Source: Bacteroidota bacterium (GTDB taxonomy: Bacteria > Bacteroidota > Bacteroidia > Bacteroidales > CAJPTX01). Taken from it: a DNA stretch of 34,999 bases. Positions 34,519 through 34,999 of this stretch are shown piece by piece (position 1 is the first letter of the stretch; every line of letters starts with the position of its first letter). A program made the translations under genes and the position numbers. The stretch is from the NCBI GenBank assembly GCA_002748015.1, contig PDRH01000025.1, positions 1 to 34,999 of the forward strand, in the 5' to 3' direction. The notes under the pieces were generated by a model. That model saw only the letters and a program-made list of their open reading frames with translations, was not told the DNA's origin and did no database searches.

Positions 34519-34548
34519 TAGGCATGCGGCAAGCCGCTATGCCTACGG
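34519..34548. repeat. 30-nt hairpin repeat, copy B
   Basis: TAGGCATGCGGCAAGCCGCTATGCCTACGG. The internal hairpin is GGCAT-GCGG-CAAG-CCGC-(T)ATGCC. It lies in the MCP 5' leader. Confidence 0.75.
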
Positions 34549-34669
34549 GCTGCTTACGAGCCACTGCGCCAAACAGGAGCATTTGTATCGAATGGGTAGC
34601 CCGTAGCGGCCGCCAGCTCGCCGCACCGCAATAAACCGAATTGGGGGGTGTTTTAGCACTCCGTGTCTA

Positions 34670-34677
34670 CAAATATA
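34670..34677 (-). promoter_or_regulatory. -7 box (TAnnTTTG), candidate MCP promoter
   Basis: The minus strand reads GGATTTTGTATATTTGTAGAC. This would give a ~195-nt leader to ATG 34468. Confidence 0.4.
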
Positions 34678-34794
34678 CAAAATCCTAGACATGGCCAGCA
34701 AGCCAGCCCCGGCAGTACCACCCCAAAAAGGGGCAAATCCACACCGCCCACCCCACCCAGCAACCCGCTGACAGCCGCCTACCCCCCATTCACC

Positions 34795-34830
34795 AAAGAA
34801 CCCCCTGCAATCGTCAAATCGCAGGGGGTT
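34795..34830 (-). terminator. Probable intrinsic terminator for the edge gene
   Basis: AACCCCCTGC (34799-34808) pairs with GCAGGGGGTT (34821-34830) around a 12-nt loop. On the minus strand it is followed by CTTTGG, a weak U-tract. Confidence 0.5.
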
Positions 34831-34869
34831 GCCGCATACCAAGGCCCACCAAAGGGCAGCTATCGGGGG

Positions 34870-34999
34870 CTACCTGCGCTTCTTCCCGCTACGAGACGAG
34901 GGCTTCTTCGCCCCCTTCTTACGCTTCGCCCCCTTGCTGGATGAACGTTTGCCCTCCGAACGGTGCGAGACCTTCGCTGGCTGGCTCAGGTCCACCGGC
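34870..34999 (-). CDS. 3' end of an unidentified gene with a Lys/Arg-rich tail; the 5' end lies outside the window
   Basis: The minus frame is open from the window edge to TAG (complement of 34870-34872): ...PVDLSQPAKVSHRSEGKRSSSKGAKRKKGAKKPSSRSGKKRR*. A terminator hairpin follows. Confidence 0.4.
   Translation of the reverse strand, partial: PVDLSQPAKVSHRSEGKRSSSKGAKRKKGAKKPSSRSGKKRR

Noticed and set aside
34543-34944. ORFs 34543..34842 (-) and 34663..34944 (+) in the region upstream of the MCP
   Set aside because: Their Gly/Pro/Trp/Arg-rich composition is low in complexity. They overlap the putative MCP promoter, the terminator hairpin and the edge gene, and have no motifs.

Overview
This window looks like a GC-rich chromosomal segment from a Bacteroidota organism. 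Three things point that way: a T9SS C-terminal sorting domain on a large surface protein, TAnnTTTG -7 promoter boxes ahead of most transcription units, and gene families typical of Bacteroidales (DUF3791/DUF3990, AAA-ATPase/PD-(D/E)XK, Rpn-like nuclease). All family names come from motif recognition by eye; no searches were run.

Housekeeping backbone:
- valS, purE, rsmA/ksgA, pdxH and yihY.
- A split LysO exporter, a sugar-phosphate nucleotidyltransferase, a CPBP protease and a PolB-exo-like exonuclease.
- An envelope cluster of GT4, an LtaS-like sulfatase-domain protein, a second GT4 and a GT2.
- Two RNA genes the ORF track cannot show: a small SRP (4.5S) RNA at about 15305-15411 (+) and tRNA-Cys(GCA) at 16684-16754 (-).

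Accessory and unusual content:
1. An AT-richer two-gene module, an ImmA/IrrE HTH-metalloprotease coupled by an ATGA overlap to a PIN-like DUF4411 protein. It sits between yihY and ffs and is the best candidate for an uncharacterised toxin/defence-type system.
2. A DUF3791-DUF3990-DUF3791 cassette inserted inside the glycosyltransferase cluster, with DUF3990 frameshifted.
3. An AAA-ATPase/PD-(D/E)XK fusion, an Rpn-like nuclease and a DUF6266-like gene in the same 9-17 kb hotspot.
4. A dCache-HAMP methyl-accepting chemotaxis protein with no che genes in view, which is unexpected for this phylum.
5. Three tandem paralogous lipoproteins next to a putative small beta-barrel protein.
6. A BspA-like protein with LRRs, seven Big_2 domains and a T9SS CTD.
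7. Three decayed genes: a class-III aminotransferase, an AAA_14-type ATPase and DUF3990.
8. A 30-nt hairpin repeat present in two inverted copies plus one partial copy.

No CRISPR array, rRNA, transposase or integrase was seen.
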